Source: Octopus vulgaris
Taxonomy: Eukaryota
Assembly: GCA_951406725.2 (NCBI GenBank)
Contig: OX597820.1
Span: 121,210,001 to 121,274,000 of the forward strand
Reading direction: 5' to 3'
DNA: 64,000 bases
The translations under genes and the position numbers were made by a program. Under the pieces are notes generated by a model. The model had not been told where the DNA came from and did not search any database. It saw only the letters and a program-made list of their open reading frames with translations. Position 1 is the stretch's first letter. Each line of letters opens with the position of its first letter. This document shows, in pieces, positions 51,339-64,000 of this stretch.

Positions 51339-52569
51339 TTATATAAATATATATATATATACATATATAAATATATATATATACATATATTATATATATA
51401 TATATATATACATATATATGTATATATATACATGTTATATATATATATATATACATATATATATGTATGTGTATATATAAGGATATATATATATGTATAT
51501 ACATATATATATGTATGTGTATATATGCATATATATGTATATACATATATATGTATGTGTATATATATGCTTATATATATGTATGTGTATATATATATGC
51601 ATATATATATATATACATATATATATATGTATGTTTATATATATGCATATATATGTATATACATATATATATGTATGTGTATGTATATGTATATATACAC
51701 ATATACATATATAAGTAAGAAGCATGTGACAAATAATATAGCAGTTTTAATTACACCTGGATATATTTGTATGCATGAGTGTGGACAACCATGAATTGAA
51801 AACGCAAGAGCACTCATGCTCAAATATCCACTTCTATCCACTCTTTCTTTCCTCCAAACAACCTTACATTCATGCATTTTCGTGTAAATGAACACACACA
51901 CACACACACAGACACACATCTCTTATGCGCTCACTTGTATGTGAGCACACATGCGTAGACTCTCACATACATATGCACGTACACACTTACACACGTACGG
52001 CTAAGGCAGTTAATCTAATTTCCGATCGCTGCTTATACAAACTGGATGCTTTTCCATCGGTATTTAGTGTCAAGTCAAACATACGTAGGAATAAAGTGGA
52101 AACACTTCTTATGCACTGGGAAAGAGCATTTAAATGCATACATAGACATACGCACACATACACACACACTTGTTTGTGGGTATGTGTTTATATGTTGATG
52201 GAGAGACAGAGAACGAAAGAATTGCAACGCACACTAAAGTGTAGACATACACGTGTAAATACGTATGTATGTTTGTGCTTGTGTGAGTGCGTGTATGTAT
52301 GTTTATGTGACAATGGGTAGAGAGAGTTACTAAACTGCGAGTCTCACGTACATACACATAGCTCTATACATCCACACAGACCCCTTCCAACGCCGAACCC
52401 TATTCTTTATTGCCCACAAAACGCAATATAAACTGCTGTTGTTGCCGCATCTGTCTAACTAGACTCGCCATCGAAAATAACAGCTTTCCATCTACCTGCC
52501 ACTCCATTCTTTGCTGCCATTGTGTGCATATTCGCTTGTTTAAGAATTCTCTGTTTAATTCCCCAACCA

Positions 52570-53140
<571 letters not shown>

Positions 53141-53280
53141 CATGCACACATATACATATACACAAACGCACACATACGATATAATTTATAGTTATAAGTA
53201 TGTGTATAATAATATACTATGTATATATATGTGCGTGTGTATATGTATATATCAAGACGCAGATGCATATACATAATATC

Positions 53281-53321
<41 letters not shown>

Positions 53322-53649
53322 CATACAGAGAGAGGGTAAGAAAGAGAGAGAAATGTTAGTGTGTGTATATATACATGTTTATATTACACGTCTCACGTGT
53401 GTGTAAATCTGATATACGTACGTGCGTATACACAAGCACACACACACACACACTCAGAGATACACATCCACCCACATACCGCTTTCGGTGTACAAATGAG
53501 ACCAAAAGTGCTCAGCGCATTTACTCGAATGTTGTTCCTGTTTATTTGAAAGCTGTTGATTCCTTTACAGACGACATTGGCGATTGGAGGCGAAAACATC
53601 TTCCACATCAACCAATAACAAGGAACTCAGGAATCGTCAACCATTGCTC

Positions 53650-54440
53650 TTCTTTCACTTCTTTCTCCTCCTCTTCTCACTTTTCAATCTTCCTCCTCCT
53701 CCTCCTCTTCTCACTTTTCAATCTTCCTCCTCCTCCTCCTCTTCTTCTTCTTCTTCTTCTTCTTTTTCTTTCTTCTTCTTCTGTTTTTTCTTCTTCTTTT
53801 CTTCTTCTGCTTCTTCTGCTTCTCCTCCCCCTCCTCCTCCTCCTTCTTCTTCTTCTTCTTCCTCTTCTTTTCTACTTCTTCTGCTTCCTCTTCTTCTTCT
53901 TCTTCTTCTTCTTCTTCTTCTTCTTCTGCTTCCTCCACTTCTTCTTCTTCTTCTCTTCTCCTCCTCCTCCTTCTTCTTCTTTTCTTCTTCTTCTGCTTCC
54001 ACTTCTTCTTCTTCTTTTTCTTTTCTTCTTCTTCTTTTTTTTCTTCTTCTTTTCTTCTTCTGCTTCTTCTTCTTCTCCTCCCCCTCCTCCTCCTCCTCCT
54101 TCTTCTTCTTCTTTTCTACTTCTTCTGCTTCCTCTTCTTCTTCTTCTTCTTCTTCTTCTTCTTCTTCTTTTCTTCTTCTTCTGCTTCCTCCACTTCTTCT
54201 TCTTCTTCTTCTCTTCTCCTCCTCCTCCTTCTTCTTCTTTTCTTCTTCTTCTCTTCTTCTTCTTCTTCTTTTCTTCTTCTTTATTATTATTATTATTATT
54301 ACTCTCCTCCTCCTCCTCTCCCATCTTCCTTCATCTTCTCTTCCTCCTCCGTTCTTCAACCACTTCCCTCTTCTTCTTCTTCTTCTTCTTCTCCACCTCC
54401 CTCTCCCTTCATCTTTTTCTTCCACTTCTTTCTCTCTTCT
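53650..54440. repeat. Polypyrimidine (CTT/CCT) tract with higher-order duplication
   Basis: ~790 bp almost all C/T; block tctacttcttctgcttcctc..ctgcttcctccacttc recurs at ~53870 and ~54115. Confidence 0.95.
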
Positions 54441-54698
54441 ATATTTTTCTAATTATTTATAGAGACTCACACGAACCCCACCCCACCCCAATTCTTTCCA
54501 CTAACCATTCCAATATTCCCCCTACATTCTTCTACCAAAATACCATTTACTGCATTTCATTATACTACTTTCCTTGTTGGTGCCATTATAATTGCTAATG
54601 GTTGCTAGCGATGCCATCGATGTTACAGTTGCTATCGCTAATATTATTATGTCCGTTGCTGCTGCCATTCTGTTCTTAATATGATTTTTGCAACCATC

Positions 54699-55082
54699 GG
54701 AGGCGCAATGACCCAGTGGTTAGGGCAGCGGACTCGCGGTCGTAAGATCGCGGTTTCGATTCCCAGACCGGGCGTTGTGAGTGTTTATTGAGCGAAAACA
54801 CCTAAAGCTTCACGAGGCTCCGGCAGGGGATGGTGGTGATCCCTGCTGTACTCTTTCACCACAACTTTCTCTCATTCTTACTTCCTGTTTCTGTTGTACC
54901 TGTATTTCAAAGGGGCCGGCCTTGTCACTCTCTGAGTCACGCTGAATATCCCCGAGAACTACGTTAAGGATACACGTGTCTGTGGAGTGCTCAGCCACTT
55001 ACACGTTAATTTCACGAGCAGGCTGTTCCGTTGATTCGGATCAACCGGAACCCTCGTCGTCGTAACCGACGGAGTGCTTCCA
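54699..55082 (+). mobile_element. SINE family C (tRNA-Arg-like head; resembles octopus OR-type SINEs), full length
   Basis: ggaggcgcaatgacccagtggttagggcagcggactcgcggtc..ggtttcgattccc; tail accctcgtcgtcgtaaccgacggagtgc; caaccatcg on both flanks (TSD-like). Confidence 0.85.
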
Positions 55083-56085
55083 TCCATTTGTCAACCATCG
55101 TTTTATTCTTAGAACTGTTCATAATATTTCCCTCTCCGTTGGCCTTGACTGATCAGACCGAAGAGGAAAGACATTCCCCTCTTGCCCTTCCCGTTTTACT
55201 TTTAGACATTATCTACCAAAGAACGTATCAGACATTGTAGTTTACCATTTGCTGTATTCCTTACCTCTCAAAATATCACTCGAGGCTCTTGATATCATAT
55301 TTATTCTTTTAAAGTCACGGACTCGTTCAAACACAACATTAGGGCGGTGAGAATTTATCCATTCGTTCAGGTGTTAAATATTTCCTCAAATTATTTAACA
55401 AACGTTGTGTAATTGGAGGAAATATTGGTTGCTATTACTAGCAGATCGAATACACACTGCTTCTGCTAGTTATCAACTTCCGAGTTTATCTTCACATCAC
55501 TGATACAAGCCGTTCCAAGCATAACCACACCGTATTGTTTCTACAGCGCAAAATTATGCGATGAGACACACAAAGACAGACACACATTTTGCAAAATCTT
55601 CCTTACATGTACAACTTCAGTGGTATATGATTATATCTAGGTATGCAGGCAAATGCACGAGATTCCATACCCAAAACACATACGTTTGCATGTGCACTGA
55701 CTCCAAATAATGCACACAATTCTCAAAAAATTGCACAAATACCTTGTTAAAATCCCAATGAAGTAGAGTTCGATCTAGGTTAGAAACCGTCTCTTTCTCT
55801 ATCGGCAAGCATTCTTAGAATAAAACAAAGTAAGGGCACACACGCACACACGCATCCATGCATGCGCACACACACTCACACACTCACATGCATTGTGTGC
55901 ATATGTGTGTGTGTGCGTGTTTAAGTTTATTTGTAGATCATCTGGAAAAAAGAAACAATTTTACATTAAATAGGAGTGCTCAATACATTTGGTAGAGTAT
56001 AACTTTATAATTCTTTAACAAGAATGGCTTTGATAATGACGTTGAAGTTTTGGCCAGGTAATGGTCAATATATGCGTGCAAACAA

Positions 56086-56210
<125 letters not shown>

Positions 56211-56227
56211 CACGTACATACATTATT

Positions 56228-56385
56228 CTTTCTCTCTTTTACTAGTTTCAGTCATTTGACTGTGCCCATGCTGGAGCACCGTCCTTAGTAAACCTTGTGT
56301 TTAATCTATCGGTCGTTTTTGCCGATCTGCTATGTTGCGGGGACATAAAGACGCCAACATGGCTTCATAAGCGATGGTAGAGGGA

Positions 56386-56426
<41 letters not shown>

Positions 56427-56612
56427 ACACGATCTTCTTTCAGTTGCCATCGACGGTCTTCTTTCAGTTCCCGTCTACAAAATCCACTCGCAAGTATTTG
56501 GCCGGCCTGAGATTAGAGTAGAAGACACTTGCTCAAGATGCCACGCAGTGGGAGTGAACCCGGAACCATGTGGTTGGGAAGCAAGCTTCTTACCACGTAG
56601 CCACGCCTGCAC
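56228..56612 (-). mobile_element. SINE family B
   Basis: Tail, internal (CA)n, core and head all recognisable. Confidence 0.85.
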
Positions 56613-57599
56613 CTATATATATACATACATACATACATACATACAGACATGCATACATACATACATACATGCATATATATATATACAGGTATGTGTCTAT
56701 ATATGCATAGTTTACGAAACATGTTTTTATGCCTGTATGCGTGTGTGTGTGTGTGCGTGCTTGCATTTTCAACTGTTGGGTGTTATTTTAGGAACGTTTA
56801 ACTGCTATTTCTAGCGAATCGAATATCACCTGCAGCAACCCTGTTGCTGCCTCTGATGGTGATGCTGTTAATGTTCATGCCGCTGCTGCTGCTGCTGCTG
56901 TTGCTGCTGTTGCTGCGGTTGTTGCAGTTTTGTTATATTCCGTTTGATATTATGGCTGCAGTTATTGTTGTTGCTACAGTTACCGATGCTGATCTTATCG
57001 ATAATATTGTTAACGTTGCTATCAGTTTTGTTGATAATGTTGCTATTTTTCAGTGCAGTATTTTGGCTTTCATCGTTGTTGTTAATTTACCTTTGCTGAT
57101 TGATGTGTTTTTTCTTGCTGTTGCTGTAAATGTTTTTTATTTTCTTCTTCTCCCTTTGTGTTTTTTTTTTTTTTATCGATGTCACAGTCACATCAACTCC
57201 ACCCACGTTTTCCTTCCTCATTCCAATGCTCCATTCTTCCAAAATATCCCCTCCTCCTACTTCTTCATTCCACACCGACACACTTTTTGCTCTTTCTCTC
57301 CCAAAGTTCCTCTCACCTCTACACACAGGTTTTAACTCGCATTCCACACTCATTCACCACACTTTCACATTGTTCTTCCTTTAATCTATGTCAATATTTA
57401 CTTGTTGTATCCACGCTTCCATTGCAGTACTTATCCTTCGTCTTTCTTTCCTTACTTTTTGGGTTATTTATTTTTTTTTTTGCAAACCTTCATTTCCTTT
57501 TCATTCTCAAAGACAGAGCGGTTTGTTACCTCTTTTGACATACCTACCTATTTAGCTTTATCCAACACTTTTTCAATCAATGAAACTATCTACCCACCT

Positions 57600-57600
57600 G

Positions 57601-57681
<81 letters not shown>

Positions 57682-57737
57682 ACTACCTATCTATTTGTCA
57701 ATATATCTGTCTATCTATCTGTCTGTCTTTCTCTCGG

Positions 57738-57809
<72 letters not shown>

Positions 57810-57814
57810 GCTAC

Positions 57815-57845
<31 letters not shown>

Positions 57846-57846
57846 C

Positions 57847-57917
<71 letters not shown>

Positions 57918-58026
57918 ACTACCTATCTATCTATCAATATATCTGCCTGTCTATCTATCTGTCTGTCTGTCTATATCTCAGTCTATCTATCTCACTGTCT
58001 ATCTATCTATCTATCTAGCTACCTAC

Positions 58027-58087
<61 letters not shown>

Positions 58088-58090
58088 CCC
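57600..58090. repeat. (TATC)n microsatellite with interruptions
   Basis: Seen directly. Confidence 0.97.
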
Positions 58091-58235
58091 CTATATATCC
58101 CCCTATAGGGATATATGGATATCAGCGTATCTTATCTATGTATCTCTGTCTATCTGACAATCGGCCTATAAGTCCGTCCCTCTGTCTATCTAGCTGTTTA
58201 TCAGTCTTGCTATGTATGTGAGCGCAGGGAAATTT

Positions 58236-58275
<40 letters not shown>

Positions 58276-58458
58276 ATACAAGTATCAATACGCGCTAGCA
58301 CCACTACTTTGCAATAACGACATACACTTGACAGGTATGAATAAAGAATCAGATTATCATACATACATAAACACACACACACACACGCCTAGTCTAATGC
58401 TTTTCCATGTGTGTGTGTGTGTATGTATATGTATATCCAAATGTTTATATATGTATAT

Positions 58459-58509
<51 letters not shown>

Positions 58510-58542
58510 TAGATAGATAGATAGATAAAGGATGTGAATATA

Positions 58543-58680
<138 letters not shown>

Positions 58681-58860
58681 TATATATAAATATAATTACA
58701 GACATACAAACATATATATATGCATGTAGCACTTTATTATTCATACTTATTATCATTTGTTTGTTTATATATGTAGGTATATATGTATGCGTGTCTTTAT
58801 CACGCATGCATGAATGTTTATTTGTACACACACATGTATGTATATATATATATGTGTGTG

Positions 58861-58893
<33 letters not shown>

Positions 58894-59329
58894 ATATATG
58901 TATACCTATATATGTATAGATGTATATATATATAAGCATGTATATATGTATACACCTATATATATATATATAGGTATAAACTTCTACGTGTGCCTATGTT
59001 GTTTGTCTCGCTCGCGCATCTCTCCTCCCCTTCATCTCTCCATTCTCAGACTCCGTTGTTCATTAGCTCGTTTGTTCTCTTTTTTGTATTTTACTATTGT
59101 TCTTTTATTTTTTTTTCATTCATTTCCTTCTTCTCCATTTCACTTTTCTTTTCTCTTTCCCCTCCTCCCCTCTTTCTTTTATTCCTTCTTTGTTCCCTTA
59201 TATTTATTGCCTCCTATGCAGTCTACCTTTCCCATCTTTCCAATTCCTTGGAATTTTCCCCCCCTCTTCCTTCCTCCTCCTCCTCCTCATCCGCTTTCCC
59301 TCTCTCAGTAATTTAATAGAAGACCATAC

Positions 59330-59379
<50 letters not shown>

Positions 59380-59574
59380 CCAGCCTGTCTTTAATAGTCT
59401 CTCTCCTGCGTTTCTAAACTGAATTCCTCAAACAACCTAAAACAATCGAATTGTGCAGTAAAATTACCCAACAGTCACGTTCTTTTTTCTTACTTTATTG
59501 TTTTCATGTTTTTTTCTGTCTTCCGCTCTCTTCCAATTCTTCATTCATTTTATCGTATTTATCGCCCTCTCCCT

Positions 59575-59877
59575 ATGCATGCATGTATGTATGTATGTAT
59601 GTATGCATGCATGTATGTATGTATGTGTGTATGTATGTATGTATGTATGTATGTATGCATGTATTTATGTATGCATGTATGTATATATATATGTATGTAT
59701 TATATATACACAATATATATATAGATATATATACATATACACAATATATATATATATATACACACACACACAATATATATATATATACATATACACAATA
59801 TATATATATATACACACACACAATATATATATATATATACATATACACAATATATATATATATATATATACATATAC

Positions 59878-59915
<38 letters not shown>

Positions 59916-59970
59916 ATATGTATATATATATATACACACAATATATATATATATGTATATATATGTGTGT

Positions 59971-60046
<76 letters not shown>

Positions 60047-60068
60047 TGTATATATATATATATATGTG
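59575..60068. repeat. (TATG)n/(TA)n/(CA) compound microsatellite
   Basis: Seen directly. Confidence 0.97.
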
Positions 60069-61124
60069 TAACACATTTGGATGAACGAAGATCTCATTTC
60101 ATCCCTCATTTGCATATATCTATCTCTCTATCTCCATAACTATCTATTGTTCAGTGTGTATGTGTGTGTATGTATGTATTTGTGTGTGTGTCTGTGCATG
60201 TACATGCCTATGTGTCTGTGTTAATGAATGTGTTTGTTTCTCTCACCCAACCTCAACGACAGTATGAACCTCTGTGTCCCTAGTAAGACAGATCGAAGGG
60301 GCTTTAACTCTTCATCCGAATTTTTTCGACATAGTTACCCTATTTTTCTTTATTTTGTTTCTCTTCTGGTACAGAATCTTTAAAATGAGCGAGCAGAAAA
60401 TAATTGATTTCTGATCGTTAGGACAATTAAAATTTTTTTTTAACCATATTTACATAGATTGGATTTTGCTTGAGATCGAACTCGTGCGTTGGGTCTGTGT
60501 TTTTTACGTGATTATCTGTTTTTACTTTTTAAGCATTCTGACTTAATCTTATCGATCTTACATCGATGTCATTTGTGGGATTCTACTGAACGGGAAAACT
60601 GCTAGAGTTTCTTATAATCATTTCCACTATGTGTAAAAGCTGCCTTTCTGATTTCAACATTTTCTGGTTTCATTTACAATTTACATGATCGGGTTCAGTT
60701 GAAAAATCATTCCAATTCTTTTTAATGTGTCACGCAAGTCAGTTATGATGGAGTATACCGACATTCCACACTTGACTATCAAGACTCAGCTTAAACCAGG
60801 CAAAATGAAGGAACAGGACATCATTATGTTCCCCACTTAAGACATGGAATGTGATTTAAGGGTGATGTGGGTGCTATTTCTAATCTATTAAGTAACTGTT
60901 TACAGGTTCTTTCATTGACATATAGCATCCACAACACGACCGATGGCATCCACTACACAGCTACAGGCGATAGTATTAAGGGCTGAAAGGGCTCACTGAT
61001 CTGTGTGTGTGTGTGTGTGCAGGGAAAAATTAAGAGAGAGACAGAGACAGAACTGATGCGAGTGAATTATCGGGCGGGAAATCATTCAAGGAATTGGTAA
61101 GTTTTGTGTCTGGAAGTCTCATAT

Positions 61125-61690
61125 GCTCGGATCCAGTGACCCCAAGATGACCACAAAACTGATCACTGTATTATATAAGAAATGAAGCTTACATGCTCCG
61201 CTGTATAGGTGATGTGAGTGTGAATGCACGACAGAGAGTCCATGATTTAAGAGGAAGGCTAAAAACGGCATCAGAAGTTGAATGCAAGAGAGAAGACAAC
61301 ATTGGTTTGGTTATAGATGAGGACAGGAGCATAAAGAAGTGCCGAGTTCTATTGTGGAGGATACCTGTGAAGAGGGTAGACTCAGGAAGCCGTTGGACGA
61401 AGTGGTGAGAAAGGATCATCGGACGCTAGGCCTCATTGAGGAAATGACAATGGATCGGGAAATGTGGTGACTTGCCTCTATGTGTGAAAGACACGTACAG
61501 GTTTGTCCTATCAAGTGCCGGTGCTCCATAGACGGTAAACCCAGCATAGTCTGTTAAGTGGAAACCACGTTACAGTAAAGTGTAGGAGTCTAGACAGCTC
61601 CCTGCCAGCCAGATCCATGCTAAATGGTCCAACCCATGCCAGCATGGAAAGCGGACGTCAAACGACAACGATGATGATGATGATGATGAC
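61125..61690 (+). mobile_element. RTE-clade LINE 3' fragment
   Basis: RNEAYMLRCIGDVSVNARQ..DEDRSIKKC.., RTLGLIEEMTMDREMW; tail catgccagcatggaaagcggacgtcaaacga(tga)n. Confidence 0.8.
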
Positions 61691-61747
61691 GATATATATA
61701 TATGTTTGTGTGTGTGTGTCTGTGTCTGTGCTTCTGTGTATATATAT

Positions 61748-62070
61748 AAGAATGTTTTGCATAATGAGATAAAAAAACCAAGGCTGTGTAGATATTAGAG
61801 CATTTATAGATAGAAGGTCTTACAGCTGTTTCCAGGATATTTATTAATAATATCCCTTCATCGGAGACGGTGTGAGAGGATGGTTAAGTCATAGTTAGTT
61901 TAGATGTGATACAAAATAGAGAGTGAGGTGGAGGAAAGAAAATAGATGTAAGATATGTATGGGTATTGAAGTTGTAAATCCGTTTTATAGGAACGTAACT
62001 ATGGTCTTTCTATAGCACTTATTCAGCATTACCTGACACCTTTGGGTCTCAATGACACCCTTATCTCAAC
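61748..62070 (-). mobile_element. (TA)n-embedded Penelope pLTR-like element
   Basis: TA tracts at both ends; hammerhead on the minus strand. Confidence 0.65.
61817..61868 (-). ncRNA. Minimal type I hammerhead motif (CCGAUGA variant)
   Basis: Minus: gtct CCGATGA agggatatt attaata aatatcctg GAAAC agct GTA agac; palindromic loop III (AGCU). Confidence 0.7.
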
Positions 62071-62085
62071 TATATATATATATAT

Positions 62086-62493
62086 AGGTGCAGGAGTGGC
62101 TGTGTGGTAAGAAGCTTGCTTACCAACCACATGGTTCCGGGTTCAGTCCCTCTGCGTGGCATCTTGGGCAAGTGTCTTCTACTATAGCCTCGGGGCAACC
62201 AAATCCTTGTGAGTGAATTTGGTAGATGGAAACTGAAAGAAGCTCGTCGTATATATGTATATGTATATATATATGTGTGTATGTTTGTGTGTCTGTGTTT
62301 GTCCCCCTAGCATTGCTTGACAACCGATGCTGGTGTGTTTATGTCCCCGTCACTTAGCGGTTCGGCAAAAGAGACCGATAGAATAAGTAATGGGCTTACA
62401 AAGAATAAGTCCCGGGGTCGATTTGCTCGACTAAAGGCGGTGCTCCAGCATGGCCGCAGTCAAATGACTGAAACAAGTAAAAGAGTAAAAGAA
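62086..62493 (+). mobile_element. SINE family B, full length
   Basis: aggtgcaggagtggctgtgtggtaag..gggttcagtccc..cttgggcaagtg..ggcggtgctccagcatggccgcagtcaaatgactgaaac. Confidence 0.92.
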
Positions 62494-62539
62494 TATATAT
62501 ATATATATATATACTATAAAGTGAAAGGGGTACAGTGAA

Positions 62540-63040
62540 TTTGGTGTGAAGAGTGGAATATCCAACGTTTCTGATTCAATCCTTCGTCAGTGGGGAAGAG
62601 AAAAAGACAAGAAAAAAGAAACCAGAGTTACATCCTCTCAGCTTGAAAAACTGGCTGCAAATGATAATGGACGCAGAATAACGCGGGCAGATAACGAGAA
62701 ACAGAAGTTATGGGAGAGGGCGTGCAGAAAGGAGGAGGAAAAGTCTGATGGAGAGAGTAGATGTAAGTAAATACGGGAATGTTGCAGACAGAGGAGGGAA
62801 GGATGATTAAAAAGGGTCCAAAAGAATTAAGATTAAGTGAAAGGGTGAATGGAAAAACGTTCTAACAGGTGTTAGAGATATAGTGCGAAGATCAAATATG
62901 AAACGTTGCTGCTTTTATTTCCTTGAGAAGGTGGATCCGTGGTGCAAAGCCATGCCACACACTGATAAATCTGGAATATAAGTGATTCATATTGTTGAAG
63001 TGGGTAGCGACAGGTTGACCTGGCATACGTAACATTATGC
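62540..63040 (-). mobile_element. Penelope-like retroelement 3' relic (GIY-YIG C-terminus and pLTR)
   Basis: Minus: PGQPVATHFNNMNH, then in another frame IPDLSVCGMALHHGSTFSRK*KQQRFIF; downstream cca CTGACGA aggattgaatca GAAAC gttgg at 62562-62593. Confidence 0.65.
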
Positions 63041-63054
63041 TTTTATCACTCACT

Positions 63055-64000
63055 GTTAGCTGTTCAAATCCTACCAAGGTCCAACTTCGCCTTTCATCAC
63101 TCATGGGTCCGATGTAATTAAGTATCAGAGACAGGAATTGCTGCTGTCGACTAATCTTCTCCCTTCAGACATTCTAGAAGAATGACTAAACTACCAACAG
63201 TTATCCCTACCCTCTTTGTTGTTACTGTAATTGGTTTTAAATGCTGGTACAAGGCCTGCAAGTTCGTGGGATGGAGTAAGGCGATCACGTCGACCCCAGT
63301 CATCAAAAAGTACTTAATTGATCGACCCGAAGGGATGAAAGGCAAAATCGATCTTAGAACGTAAAGACGGACGAAATGCCACTGAGTATTTCGCTCGGCA
63401 TGCTCTACGATTCCGCCTGCTCCCCACCTTTCTTTGATGTTACATTAATACTGTATAATATTAGAATTACACTTAAAGCGGCCAACCGGCAGAGTCGGTA
63501 GCGGTCCGGGCTAAAATCCTCGGCAGCATTTCGTCTATATTTACGTTCTGAGTTCAAATTCCGCCGAGGTTGACTTTGATTTTCATCAATTCGGATTCGA
63601 TAAAATAAGTACCAGTTGAATACTGAGGGTCCATGTATTCGACTTAGCCTCCTCCTCCCGAACTTTTTAGCTGTCTGCCAAAATTTGGAACCAATATCAC
63701 AGATGTACTTGTCTTAACTTTATCATGTAACACTTCTTGTTATTAATACTGCTACTCATATTCTTTTCTACTCTAAGCACAAAGCCCGAAATCCTTTTTT
63801 TTTTTTTGGCGGGTGGGGAGCAGTCAATTAGATCGACCCCAGTACGCAACTGGTACTTAATTTATCGATTCCAACAGGATGAATGGCAAAGTCGACCTCG
63901 TCGGGACTGCTTCTCTTATATTACTATAATTATATTATCAATGTTGTAGTTACGTTACTCTTCTGAAGGCGGCGAGTTGGTATTTCGTCTGTCTTTATGT
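63055..64000. mobile_element. Cluster of family A and related SINE pieces in alternating orientation
   Basis: ~63055-63130 (+), 63230-63430 (-), 63477-63695 (+), 63760-63910 (-), 63966-64000 (+, internally deleted head). Confidence 0.8.

Noticed and set aside
53363-54598. 411-aa ORF and overlapping poly-E/K/R or poly-S/F ORFs
   Set aside because: Open only because the CTT/CCT tract lacks stops in several frames.
54699-54775. tRNA genes (also 11781, 12441, 34138, 40260)
   Set aside because: The heads continue into SINE bodies and lack a clean cloverleaf and acceptor stem.

Overview
This is AT-rich, microsatellite-saturated animal DNA, most likely an octopus/coleoid cephalopod intronic or intergenic region. 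That call is inferred from the SINE families and the density of (TA)n, (CA)n, (TATC)n and trinucleotide repeats. Almost every long ORF in the track is a microsatellite artefact. The recognisable content is mobile DNA: many tRNA-derived SINEs from at least four families; decayed non-LTR retrotransposon pieces (CR1/L2-like, two RTE 3' ends, Dong/R4-like, HERO-like); Penelope-like pieces; three Tc1/mariner relics; a pogo/Tigger relic; and non-autonomous Helitrons. No intact protein-coding gene is visible, but splice signals suggest the 5' end of a minus-strand gene (candidate first coding exon 7429-7783). The most interesting signal is a set of short, sequence-unrelated elements, mostly embedded in (TA)n tracts. 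They carry type I hammerhead-ribozyme motifs (9932, 25608/26137, 45149, 61817; weaker at 12585, 62562) and/or fold-back inverted duplications (12727, 13501, 14405, 25577). One joins a tRNA-type Pol III head to a hammerhead-like tail. A second oddity is a SINE that recurs as head-less tandem multimers with the same junction at independent loci.
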